Below are positions 1-13,345 of a stretch of 64,000 bases of DNA, in pieces. Location: contig CM082585.2 in NCBI GenBank assembly GCA_040954595.2, forward strand, positions 1,364,318-1,428,317. Direction: 5' to 3'. The notes below the pieces were generated by a model. It did no database searches and was not told the DNA's origin. It saw only the letters and a list, made by a program, of their open reading frames with translations. Numbering within the stretch: position 1 is the first letter of the stretch; each line of letters opens with the position of its first letter. Both the position numbers and the translations under genes were made by a program. The DNA is from Balanoglossus misakiensis (Eukaryota; Animalia; Hemichordata).

Positions 1-3000
1 GTGGAAAACTTTCTTATGCACATATGCCTATCTATGTGTTCTGCGCCTCACAACAGAATTCGGTAAATAAACGAGGCTGTTTGGAAGCAACCATGGAAAT
101 TTTACAACTATCCGTCGATCTACGGAGTCTGGTGGAAAACTTTCTTATGCGCATAGCCCTATATATGTGTTCTGCGCATCACAACAGAATTCGTAAACAA
201 ACGAGGTTGTTTGGAAGCAACCATGGAAATTTTACAACTATCCGTCGATCTACAGAGTCTAGTGGAAAAATGTCTTATGCGCATTGGCCTATCATGTGTT
301 CTGCGCCTCACAACAGAAATCAGTAAATAAACGAGGCTGTTTGGAAGCAACCATGGAAATTTTACAACTATCAGTCCATCTACAGAGTCTGGTGGAAAAC
401 TTTCTTATGCGCATAGGCCTATAACGTGTTCTGCGCCTAACAACAGAATTCGGTAAATAAACGAGGCTGTTTGGAAGCAACCATGGAAATTTTACAACTA
501 TCCGTCGATCTACAGAGTCTGGTGGAAAACTTTCTTATGCGCATAGGCCTATAACGTGTTCTGCGCCTAACAACAGAATTCGGTAAATAAACGAGGCTGT
601 TTGGAAGCAACCATGGAAATTTTACAACTATCCGTCGATCTACAGAGTCTAGTGGAAAACGTTATAATGCGCATAGGCCTATCTATGTGTTATGCGCATC
701 ACAACAGAAATCGGTAAATAAACGAGGCTGTATTTGGAAGCAACCATGAACATTTTACAACTATCCGTCGATCTACAGAGTCTAGTGGAAAACGTTCTTA
801 TGCGCATAGGCCTATATATGTGTTCTGCGCATCACAACAGAATTCGGTAAACAAACGAGGTTGTTTGGAAGCAACCATGGACATTTTACAACTATCCGTC
901 GATCTACAGAGTCTAGTGGAAAAATGTCGTATGCGCATAGGCCTATCATGTGTTCTGCGCCTAAAAACAGAATTCCGTAAATAAACGAGGCTGTTTGCAA
1001 GCAAACATGGAAATTTTACAGCTATCCGTCGATCTACAGAGTCTAGTGGAAAACGTTCTTTTGCGCATAGGCCTATATATGTGTTATGCGCATCACAACA
1101 GAAATCGGTAAATAAACGAGGCTGTATTTGGAAGCAACCATGGACATTTTACAACTATCCGTCGATCTACAGAGTCTTGTGGAAAACTTTCTAATGCGCA
1201 TAGGCCTATTACGTGTTCTGCGCCTCACAACAGAATTCCGTAAATAAACGAGGCTGTTTGGAAGCAACCATGGAAATGTTAGAACTATCCGTCGATCTAC
1301 AGAGTCTAGTGGAAAAATGTCTTATGCGCATAGGCCTATCATGTGTTCTGCGCCTCACAACAGAAATCGGTAAATAAACGAGGCAGTTTGGAAGCAACCA
1401 TGGAAATTTTACAGCTATCCGTCGATCTACAGAGTCTAGTGGAAAACGTTCTTTTGCGCATAGGCCTATATATGTGTTCTGCGCATCACAACAGAATTTT
1501 GTAAACAAACGAGGCTGTGTTTGGAAGCAACCATGGACATTTTAGAACTATCTCTCGATCTACAGAGTCTATAGTGGAAAACTTTCTTATGCACATATGC
1601 CTATCTATGTGTTCTGCGCCTAAAAACAGAATTCCGTAAATAAACGAGGCTGTTTGGAAGCAAACATGGCAATTTTACAGCTATCCGTGGATATACAGAG
1701 TCTAGTGGAAAACGTTCTTATGCGCATAGGCCTATATATGTGTTCTGCGCATCACAACAGAATTTTGTAAACAAACGAGGCTGTGTTTGGAAGCAACCAT
1801 GGAAATTTTAGAACTATCCGTTGATCTAAAGTTGAAAAGTTTTTTATGCGCATAGGCCTATCTATGTGTTCTGCGCCTCACAACAGAAATCGGTAAATAA
1901 ACGAGGCTGTTTGGAAGCAACCATGGAAATTTTACAACTATCTCTCGATCTACAGAGTCTATAGTGGAAAACTTTCTTATTCACATATGCCTATCTATGT
2001 GTTCTGCGCCTCAAAACAGAATTCCGCAAATAAACGAGGCTGTTTGGAAGCAAACATGGAAGTTTTAGAACTATCTCTCGATCTACAGTGTATAGTGGAA
2101 AACGTTCATATGCGCATAGGCCTATCTATGTGTTCTGCGCATCACAACAGAATTTTGTAAACAAACGAGGCTGTGTTTGGTAGCAACCATGGACATTTTA
2201 GAACTATCTCTCGATCTACAGAGTCTATAGTGGAAAACTTTCTTATGCACATAGGCCTATCTATGTGTTCTGCGCCTCACAACAGAATTCGGTAAATAAA
2301 CGAGGCTGTTTGGAAGCAACCATGGAAATTTTACAACTATCCGTCGATCTACGGAGTCTGGTGGAAAACTTTCTTATGCGCATAGGCCTATTACGTGTTC
2401 TGCGTCTCACAACAGAATTCGGTAAATAAACGAGGCTGTTTGGAAGCAACCATGGAAATTTTAGAACTATCTCTCGATCTACAGAGTCTAGTGGAAAACG
2501 TTCTTATGCGCATAGGCCTATATATGTGTTCTGCGCATCACAACAGAATTCGTAAACAAACGAGGTTGTTTGGAAGCAACCATGGAAATTTTACAACTAT
2601 CCGTCGATCTACAGAGTCTAGTGGAAAAATGTCTTATGCGCATTGGCCTATCATGTGTTCTGCGCCTCACAACAGAAATCAGTAAATAAACGAGGCTGTT
2701 TGGAAGCAACCATGGAAATTTTACAACTATCCGTCGATCTACAGAGTCTAGTGGAAACGTTCTTATGCGCATAGGCCTATATATGTGTTCTGCGCATCAC
2801 AACAGAATTTTGTAAACAAACGAGGCTGTGTTTGGTAGCAACCATGGACATTTTAGAACTATCTCTCGATCTACAGAGTCTATAGTGGAAAACTTTCTTA
2901 TGCACATATGCCTATCTATGTGTTCTGCGCCTCACAACAGAATTCGGTAAATAAACGAGGCTGTTTGGAAGCAACCATGGAAATTTTACAACTATCCGTC

Positions 3001-6000
3001 GATCTACAGAGTCTAGTGGAAAACGTTATTATGCGCATAGGCCTATATATGTGTTCTGCGCATCACAACAGAATTTTGTAAACAAACGAGGCTGTGTTTG
3101 GAAGCAACCATGGACATTTTAGAACTATCTCTCGATCTACAGAGTCTATAGTGGAAAACTTTCTTATGCACATAGGCCTATCTATGTGTTCTGTGCCTTA
3201 CAACAGAATTCGGTAAATAAACGAGGCTGTTTGGAAGCAACCATGGAAATTTTACAACTATCCGTCGATCTACAGAGTCTAGTGGAAAACGTTATTATGC
3301 GCATAGGCCTATATATGTGTTCTGCGCATCACAACAGAATTTTGTAAACAAACGAGGCTGTGTTTGGAAGCAACCATGGACATTTTAGAACTATCTCTCG
3401 ATCTACAGAGTCTATAGTGGAAAACTTTCTTATGCACATATGCCTATCTATGTGTTCTGCGCCTCAAAACAGAATTCCGTAAATAAACGAGGCTGTTTGG
3501 AAGCAAACATGGAAATTTTAGAACTATCTCTCGATCTACAGAGTATAGTGGAAAACGTTCATATGCGCATAGGCCTATCTATGTGTTCTGCGCATCACAA
3601 CAGAATTTTGTAAACAAACCAGGCTTTGTTTGGAAGCAACCATGGACATTTTAGAACTATTCGTCGATCTACGGAGTCTAGTGGAAAACTTTCTTATGCG
3701 CATAGGCATATGTATGTGTTCTACGCATCACAACAGAATTCGGTAAATAAACGAGGCTGTTTGGAAACAACCATGGAAATTTTAGAACTATCCGTTGATC
3801 TAAAGTTGAAAAGTTTTTTATGCGCATAGGCCTATCTATGTGTTCTGCGCCTCACAACAGAAATCGGTAAATAAACGAGGCTGTTTGGAAGCAACCATGG
3901 AAATTTTACAACTATCTCTCGATCTACAGAGTCTATAGTGGAAAACTTTCTTATTCACATATGCCTATCTATGTGTTCTGCGCCTCAAAACAGAATTCCG
4001 CAAATAAACGAGGCTGTTTGGAAGCAAACATGGAAGTTTTAGAACTATCTCTCGATCTACAGTGTATGGTGGAAAACGTTCATATGCGCATAGGCCTATC
4101 TATGTGTTCTGCGCATCACAACAGAATTTTGTAAACAAACGAGGCTGTGTTTGGTAGCAACCATGGACATTTTAGAACTATCTCTCGATCTACAGAGTCT
4201 ATAGTGGAAAACTTTCTTATGCACATATGCCTATCTATGTGTTCTGCGCCTCACAACAGAATTCGGTAAATAAACGAGGCTGTTTGGAAGCAACCATGGA
4301 AATTTTACAACTATCCGTCGATCTACGGAGTCTGGTGGAAAACTTTCTTATGCGCATAGCCCTATATATGTGTTCTGCGCATCACAACAGAATTTTGTAA
4401 ACAAACGAGGCTGTGTTTGGTAGCAACCATGGACATTTTAGAACTATCTCTCGATCTACAGAGTCTATAGTGGAAAACTTTCTTATGCACATAGGCCTAT
4501 CTATGTGTTCTGCGCCTCACAACAGAATTCGGTAAATAAACGAGGCTGTTTGGAAGCAACCATGGAAATTTTACAACTATCCGTCGATCTACGGAGTCTG
4601 GTGGAAAACTTTCTTATGCGCATAGGCCTATTACGTGTTCTGCGTCTCACAACAGAATTCGGTAAATAAACGAGGCTGTTTGGAAGCAAACATGGAAGTT
4701 TTAGAACTATCTCTCGATCTACAGTGTATAGTGGAAAACGTTCATATGCGCATAGGCCTATCTATGTGTTCTGCGCATCACAACAGAATTTTGTAAACAA
4801 ACGAGGCTGTGTTTGGTAGCAACCATGGACATTTTAGAACTATCTCTCGATCTACAGAGTCTATAGTGGAAAACTTTCTTATGCACATAGGCCTATCTAT
4901 GTGTTCTGCGCCTCACAACAGAATTCGGTAAATAAACGAGGCTGTTTGGAAGCAACCATGGAAATTTTACAACTATCCGTCGATCTACGGAGTCTGGTGG
5001 AAAACTTTCTTATGCGCATAGGCCTATTACGTGTTCTGCGTCTCACAACAGAATTCGGTAAATAAACGAGGCTGTTTGGAAGCAACCATGGAAATTTTAG
5101 AACTATCTCTCGATCTACAGAGTCTAGTGGAAAACGTTCTTATGCGCATAGGCCTATATATGTGTTCTGCGCATCACAACAGAATTCGTAAACAAACGAG
5201 GTTGTTTGGAAGCAACCATGGAAATTTTACAACTATCCGTCGATCTACAGAGTCTAGTGGAAAAATGTCTTATGCGCATTGGCCTATCATGTGTTCTGCG
5301 CCTCACAACAGAAATCAGTAAATAAACGAGGCTGTTTGGAAGCAACCATGGACATTTTACAACTATCCGTCGATCTACAGAGTCTAGTGGAAACGTTCTT
5401 ATGCGCATAGGCCTATATATGTGTTCTGCGCATCACAACAGAATTTTGTAAACAAACGAGGCTGTGTTTGGTAGCAACCATGGACATTTTAGAACTATCT
5501 CTCGATCTACAGAGTCTATAGTGGAAAACTTTCTTATGCACATATGCCTATCTATGTGTTCTGCGCCTCACAACAGAATTCGGTAAATAAACGAGGCTGT
5601 TTGGAAGCAACCATGGAAATTTTACAACTATCCGTCGATCTACAGAGTCTAGTGGAAAACGTTATTATGCGCATAGGCCTATATATGTGTTCTGCGCATC
5701 ACAACAGAATTTTGTAAACAAACGAGGCTGTGTTTGGAAGCAACCATGGACATTTTAGAACTATCTCTCGATCTACAGAGTCTATAGTGGAAAACTTTCT
5801 TATGCACATAGGCCTATCTATGTGTTCTGTGCCTTACAACAGAATTCGGTAAATAAACGAGGCTGTTTGGAAGCAACCATGGAAATTTTACAACTATCCG
5901 TCGATCTACAGAGTCTAGTGGAAAACGTTATTATGCGCATAGGCCTATATATGTGTTCTGCGCATCACAACAGAATTTTGTAAACAAACGAGGCTGTGTT

Positions 6001-9000
6001 TGGAAGCAACCATGGACATTTTAGAACTATCTCTCGATCTACAGAGTCTATAGTGGAAAACTTTCTTATGCACATATGCCTATCTATGTGTTCTGCGCCT
6101 CAAAACAGAATTCCGTAAATAAACGAGGCTGTTTGGAAGCAAACATGGAAATTTTAGAACTATCTCTCGATCTACAGAGTATAGTGGAAAACGTTCATAT
6201 GCGCATAGGCCTATCTATGTGTTCTGCGCATCACAACAGAATTTTGTAAACAAACCAGGCTTTGTTTGGAAGCAACCATGGACATTTTAGAACTATTCGT
6301 CGATCTACGGAGTCTAGTGGAAAACTTTCTTATGCGCATAGGCATATGTATGTGTTCTACGCATCACAACAGAATTCGGTAAATAAACGAGGCTGTTTGG
6401 AAACAACCATGGAAATTTTAGAACTATCCGTTGATCTAAAGTTGAAAAGTTTTTTATGCGCATAGGCCTATCTATGTGTTCTGCGCCTCACAACAGAAAT
6501 CGGTAAATAAACGAGGCTGTTTGGAAGCAACCATGGAAATTTTACAACTATCTCTCGATCTACAGAGTCTATAGTGGAAAACTTTCTTATTCACATATGC
6601 CTATCTATGTGTTCTGCGCCTCAAAACAGAATTCCGCAAATAAACGAGGCTGTTTGGAAGCAAACATGGAAGTTTTAGAACTATCTCTCGATCTACAGTG
6701 TATGGTGGAAAACGTTCATATGCGCATAGGCCTATCTATGTGTTCTGCGCATCACAACAGAATTTTGTAAACAAACGAGGCTGTGTTTGGTAGCAACCAT
6801 GGACATTTTAGAACTATCTCTCGATCTACAGAGTCTATAGTGGAAAACTTTCTTATGCACATATGCCTATCTATGTGTTCTGCGCCTCACAACAGAATTC
6901 GGTAAATAAACGAGGCTGTTTGGAAGCAACCATGGAAATTTTACAACTATCCGTCGATCTACGGAGTCTGGTGGAAAACTTTCTTATGCGCATAGCCCTA
7001 TATATGTGTTCTGCGCATCACAACAGAATTTTGTAAACAAACGAGGCTGTGTTTGGTAGCAACCATGGACATTTTAGAACTATCTCTCGATCTACAGAGT
7101 CTATAGTGGAAAACTTTCTTATGCACATAGGCCTATCTATGTGTTCTGCGCCTCACAACAGAATTCGGTAAATAAACGAGGCTGTTTGGAAGCAACCATG
7201 GAAATTTTACAACTATCCGTCGATCTACGGAGTCTGGTGGAAAACTTTCTTATGCGCATAGTCCTATTACGTGTTCTGCGTCTCACAACAGAATTCGGTA
7301 AATAAACGAGGCTGTTTGGAAGCAACCATGGAAATTTTAGAACTATCTCTCGATCTACAGAGTCTAGTGGAAAACGTTCTTATGCGCATAGGCCTATATA
7401 TGTGTTCTGCGCATCACAACAGAATTCGTAAACAAACAAGGTTGTTTGGAAGCAACCATGGAAATTTTACAACTATCCGTCGATCTACAGAGTCTAGTGG
7501 AAAAATGTCTTATGCGCATTGGCCTATCATGTGTTCTGCGCCTCACAACAGAAATCAGTAAATAAACGAGGCTGTTTGGAAGCAACCATGGAAATTTTAC
7601 AACTATCCGTCGATCTACAGAGTCTAGTGGAAACGTTCTTATGCGCATAGGCCTATATATGTGTTCTGCGCATCACAACAGAATTTTGTAAACAAACGAG
7701 GCTGTGTTTGGTAGCAACCATGGACATTTTAGAACTATCTCTCGATCTACAGAGTCTATAGTGGAAAACTTTCTTATGCACATATGCCTATCTATGTGTT
7801 CTGCGCCTCACAACAGAATTCGGTAAATAAACGAGGCTGTTTGGAAGCAACCATGGAAATTTTACAACTATCCGTCGATCTACAGAGTCTAGTGGAAAAC
7901 GTTATTATGCGCATAGGCCTATATATGTGTTCTGCGCATCACAACAGAATTTTGTAAACAAACGAGGCTGTGTTTGGAAGCAACCATGGACATTTTAGAA
8001 CTATCTCTCGATCTACAGAGTCTATAGTGGAAAACTTTCTTATGCACATAGGCCTATCTATGTGTTCTGTGCCTTACAACAGAATTCGGTAAATAAACGA
8101 GGCTGTTTGGAAGCAACCATGGAAATTTTACAACTATCCGTCGATCTACAGAGTCTAGTGGAAAACGTTATTATGCGCATAGGCCTATATATGTGTTCTG
8201 CGCATCACAACAGAATTTTGTAAACAAACGAGGCTGTGTTTGGAAGCAACCATGGACATTTTAGAACTATCTCTCGATCTACAGAGTCTATAGTGGAAAA
8301 CTTTCTTATGCACATATGCCTATCTATGTGTTCTGCGCCTCAAAACAGAATTCCGTAAATAAACGAGGCTGTTTGGAAGCAAACATGGAAATTTTAGAAC
8401 TATCTCTCGATCTACAGAGTATAGTGGAAAACGTTCATATGCGCATAGGCCTATCTATGTGTTCTGCGCATCACAACAGAATTTTGTAAACAAACCAGGC
8501 TTTGTTTGGAAGCAACCATGGACATTTTAGAACTATTCGTCGATCTACGGAGTCTAGTGGAAAACTTTCTTATGCGCATAGGCATATGTATGTGTTCTAC
8601 GCATCACAACAGAATTCGGTAAATAAACGAGGCTGTTTGGAAACAACCATGGAAATTTTAGAACTATCCGTTGATCTAAAGTTGAAAAGTTTTTTATGCG
8701 CATAGGCCTATCTATGTGTTCTGCGCCTCACAACAGAAATCGGTAAATAAACGAGGCTGTTTGGAAGCAACCATGGAAATTTTACAACTATCTCTCGATC
8801 TACAGAGTCTATAGTGGAAAACTTTCTTATTCACATATGCCTATCTATGTGTTCTGCGCCTCAAAACAGAATTCCGCAAATAAACGAGGCTGTTTGGAAG
8901 CAAACATGGAAGTTTTAGAACTATCTCTCGATCTACAGTGTATGGTGGAAAACGTTCATATGCGCATAGGCCTATCTATGTGTTCTGCGCATCACAACAG

Positions 9001-11614
9001 AATTTTGTAAACAAACGAGGCTGTGTTTGGTAGCAACCATGGACATTTTAGAACTATCTCTCGATCTACAGAGTCTATAGTGGAAAACTTTCTTATGCAC
9101 ATATGCCTATCTATGTGTTCTGCGCCTCACAACAGAATTCGGTAAATAAACGAGGCTGTTTGGAAGCAACCATGGAAATTTTACAACTATCCGTCGATCT
9201 ACGGAGTCTGGTGGAAAACTTTCTTATGCGCATAGCCCTATATATGTGTTCTGCGCATCACAACAGAATTCGTAAACAAACGAGGTTGTTTGGAAGCAAC
9301 CATGGAAATTTTACAACTATCCGTCGATCTACAGAGTCTAGTGGAAAAATGTCTTATGCGCATTGGCCTATCATGTGTTCTGCGCCTCACAACAGAAATC
9401 AGTAAATAAACGAGGCTGTTTGGAAGCAACCATGGAAATTTTACAACTATCAGTCCATCTACAGAGTCTGGTGGAAAACTTTCTTATGCGCATAGGCCTA
9501 TAACGTGTTCTGCGCCTAACAACAGAATTCGGTAAATAAACGAGGCTGTTTGGAAGCAACCATGGAAATTTTACAAAAATCCGTCGATCTACAGAGTCTG
9601 GTGGAAAACTTTCTTATGCGCATAGGCCTATAACGTGTTCTGCGCCTAACAACAGAATTCGGTAAATATACGAGGCTGTTTGGAAGCAACCATGGAAATT
9701 TTACAACTATCCGTCGATCTACAGAGTCTAGTGGAAAACGTTATAATGCGCATAGGCCTATCTATGTGTTATGCGCATCACAACAGAAATCGGTAAATAA
9801 ACGAGGCTGTATTTGGAAGCAACCATGAACATTTTACAACTATCCGTCGATCTACAGAGTCTAGTGGAAAACGTTCTTATGCGCATAGGCCTATATATGT
9901 GTTCTGCGCATCACAACAGAATTCGGTAAACAAACGAGGTTGTTTGGAAGCAACCATGGAAATTTTACAACTATCCGTCGATCTACAGAGTCTAGTGGAA
10001 AAATGTCGTATGCGCATAGGCCTATCATGTGTTCTGCGCCTCAAAACAGAATTCCGTAAATAAACAAGGCTGTTTGCAAGCAAACATGGAAATTTTACAG
10101 CTATCCGTCGATCTACAGAGTCTAGTGGAAAACGTTCTTTTGCGCATAGGCCTATATATATGTTATGCGCATCACAACAGAAATCGGTAAATAAACGAGG
10201 CTGTATTTGGAAGCAACCATGGACATTTTACAACTATCCGTCGATCTACAGAGTCCTGTGGAAAACTTTCTAATGCGCATAGGCCTATTACGTGTTCTGC
10301 GCCCCACAACAGAATTCCGTAAATAAACGAGGCTGTTTGGAAGCAAACATGGAAATTTTACAGCTATCCGTCGATCTACAGAGTCTAGTGGAAAACGTTC
10401 TTTTGCGCATAGGCCTATATATGTGTTATGCGCATCACAACAGAAATCGGTAAATAAACGAGGCTGTATTTGGAAGCAACCGTGGACATTTTACATCTAT
10501 CCGTCGATCTACAGAGTCTTGTGGAAAACTTTCTAATGCGCATAGGTCTATTACGTGTTCTGCGCCTCACAACAGAATTCGGTAAATAAACGAGGCTGTT
10601 TGGAAGCAACCATGGAAATTTTAGAACTATCTCTCGATCTACAGAGTCTATAGTGGAAAACTTTCTTATGCACATAGGCCTATCATGTGTTCTGTGCCTC
10701 ACAACAGAATTCAGTAAATAAACGAGGCTGTTTGGAAGCAACCATGGAAATTTTACAACTATCCGTCGATCTACAGAGTCTAGTGGAAAACGTTCTTATG
10801 CGCATAGGCCTATATATGTGTTCTGCGCATCACAACAGAATTTTGTAAACAAACGAGGCTGTGTTTGGAAGCAACCATGGAAATTTTAGAACTATCTCTC
10901 GATCTACAGAGTCTATAGTGGAAAACTTTCTTATGCACATATGCCTATCTATGTGTTCTGCGCCTCAAAACAGAATTCCGTAAATAAACGAGGCTGTTTG
11001 GAAGCAAACATGGAAATTTTAGAACTATCTCTCGATCTACAGAGTATAGTGGGAAACGTTCATATGCACATAGGCCTATATATGTGTTCTGCGCATCACA
11101 ACAGAATTTTGTAAACAAACGAGGCTTTGTTTGGAAGCAACCATGGACATTTTAGAACTATCCGTCGATCTACAGAGTCTAGTGGAAAAATTTCTTATGC
11201 GCATGGGCCTATCATGTGTTCTGCGCCTCACAACAGAAATCGGTAAATAAACGAGGCTGTTTGGAAGCAACCATGGAAATTTTAGAACTATCCGTCGACC
11301 TTCAGCGTCTAGTGGAAAACTTTTTTATGCGCATAGGCCTATCTATGTGTTCAGAGCCTCACAACAGAAATCGGTAAATAAACGAGGCTGTTTGGAAACA
11401 ACCATGGAAATTTTAGAACTATCCGTCGATCTACAGTGAAAAAGTTTCTTATGCGCATAGGCCTATCATGTGTTCTGCGCATCACTGCAGAATTTTGTAA
11501 ACAAACGAGGCTGTGTTTGGAAGCAACCATGGAAATTTTAGAACTATCCGTCGATCTATAGAGTCTAGTGGAAAACGTTCTTATGCGCATAGGCCTATCT
11601 ATGTGTTCTGCGCA
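1..11614. repeat. Tandem satellite DNA, ~131-bp monomer (about 88 copies), with higher-order repeat structure
   Basis: Monomer GTGGAAAACTTTCTTATGCGCATAGGCCTAT...GGAAGCAACCATGGAAATTTTACAACTATCCGTCGATCTACAGAGTCTA recurs at 1, 132, 262 and onward. The variant TTGATCTAAAGTTGAAAAG recurs at 1821, 3795, 6431 and 8671. The array runs off the left edge of the window. Confidence 0.98.
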
Positions 11615-11658
11615 TTTTACTTTTGCCACTCCACTCAAAGTAAGCATCGGTGTGGTGG

Positions 11659-12815
11659 TGTCACACTATCTTTTGTTATTTTAAATTATTTATATGATGG
11701 CATTAGATAGGTTTATTAAGATGGCATTAGTTTGATTGCAATTAACCTATGTACAGCTTATTAAGAAAAACAAAAGAAGCTATCTAGAGGGCAGAACTTC
11801 AACTTGTCAATCATCACCCCATATTAGCTCCATTGAGATGCTAATGATGAGTATAAAAGGGACACCCAGCTTGAAATACGGGCAGTACAAATCAAGATCT
11901 GAGGTACTCACAACATCTGGCTATAGTGCAACAATGAAGTGATGATGTGGCAGACTACCATGTGCTGTTGAAATTGGTTCAATATACAAGGACATGCTCT
12001 ACTTCAAGCGAACAGTGCTGGACTAACAGAAATTGCTGGACATCGCCGTGCCATCGTGTTATGTCGCCTGAAGTTCTGTGAAAGCAACGTTGTGTCTATA
12101 TCTCTACCAGAACTGACTTTCTACGACGGAGAAGACGCGCGCGAGCCATTGCAGTTTACCGGTAACGTTCGTACACACACGCCTTAGAATAGGACTGAGC
12201 TAAATGCCATCACAGTTTATTTAATCTTTTATTGTTAATATTATAAACTTCACTGCAGTTATTGAATTATTTTCCTGTGACTAGCGCCAGTTAAATGTGT
12301 GCTTGGTGACTAGCTCGTGTAGAGTATATTTCATCATTGTCAAGTTTGCATTGCAAAGGTTATTGCATTTATTACTCTTGTTTTCCCAAATTCACACAAC
12401 CAGCACTAGGCTATACCATATGCTCTGTGTGTTTTACCAATTATATGATTGATAGGCTGCACAGTGCTGTCGGAGTCAACAAGTGCTGGTGGTGGATTTG
12501 GGTGTATATATGTATATTATTTATTATGGTTAAGCTATCAGGTGAATAAATATACTTTCACTTGAATATTGTGTTGTGCTCACTGTAAAACCTTTGACCT
12601 ACTACCTTGTTATCCTGGGCCGGTGAAACGTACCCGATTTACAAACACGTGTTTCTATCACATTTGATTCTGACCTGAAGTATTGCCAACATTAAGCTAT
12701 CATCAAATAGTTATTTGAGTAAAGTTTTGGCTTCATTTTGGTTAGGTAAAAGAACTCACATCACAATTGCTCGTGTTAACTTTGGTTGACTGTTTATAGC
12801 GCGAACATTGTGACA
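11659..12815 (+). repeat. 5' LTR
   Basis: Starts TGTCACA and ends TGTGACA; no differences from 18372-19528 seen by eye; TATAAAA at 11852-11858 and AATAAA at 12545-12550. Confidence 0.97.
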
Positions 12816-12820
12816 TTTTA

Positions 12821-12839
12821 TGGTGGCAGCGGTGGGATT
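12821..12839 (+). promoter_or_regulatory. Primer-binding site complementary to the 3' end of tRNA-Leu
   Basis: TGGTGGCAGCGGTGGGATT lies 5 nt after the 5' LTR. Its reverse complement AATCCCACCGCTGCCACCA matches the 3' end of animal tRNA-Leu(AAG/UAG) plus CCA as I recall it. Confidence 0.88.
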
Positions 12840-13345
12840 GTTAGGCTTGGTTGGGTATCAGAATCCCCTTTCTAATTTTCGCCAAAGTCTGGATCGACGC
12901 TGTTGTCGGGCTTGGTCGATGCATTCTGTTTTGGGGACCATCATTTTTATTTTGTAAAAAGGGTTCACAAAAGCTTGCGGGTGTATGCACTCTGGGCACC
13001 GTACTCCTCACGGGATCTGCTAACGCAGGTCAGTGCAATACCTTAGGCTTTTGTCTAAATTCATTTAACTGTGTATTTGAACGTTATAGTTTTCATATTT
13101 GCATCAATCGTCCGATCAGATCTCTGCCTCAACAGACTGATTGTTATGGTGGCAGCGTGTTGTAAAGAAATTTGGTGTTGTAAAGAAATTTGTAACATCG
13201 GCAGCAACACGTGGGTTACTGTGTGGGTCCAGATTTATTAAATGTATGCATTGGTTATACTTACAACGATATAATTATATAAGTATATTTAACGTTCTTG
13301 CTACAATTTCACCTGTTCAATTAGTCTGATTTCATTATTCCAAAT

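Noticed and set aside
1-11614. CRISPR-like array
   Set aside because: Whole monomers are homologous, with no unique spacers and no cas genes, and the context is eukaryotic.
1-11710. Dozens of 60-108-aa ORFs in the satellite
   Set aside because: They are chance open frames of a repeated 131-bp non-coding monomer on both strands, with no domain motifs.
11736-12549. Short ORFs duplicated at 18449 and 19050
   Set aside because: They lie inside the LTRs and are duplicated only because the LTRs are.
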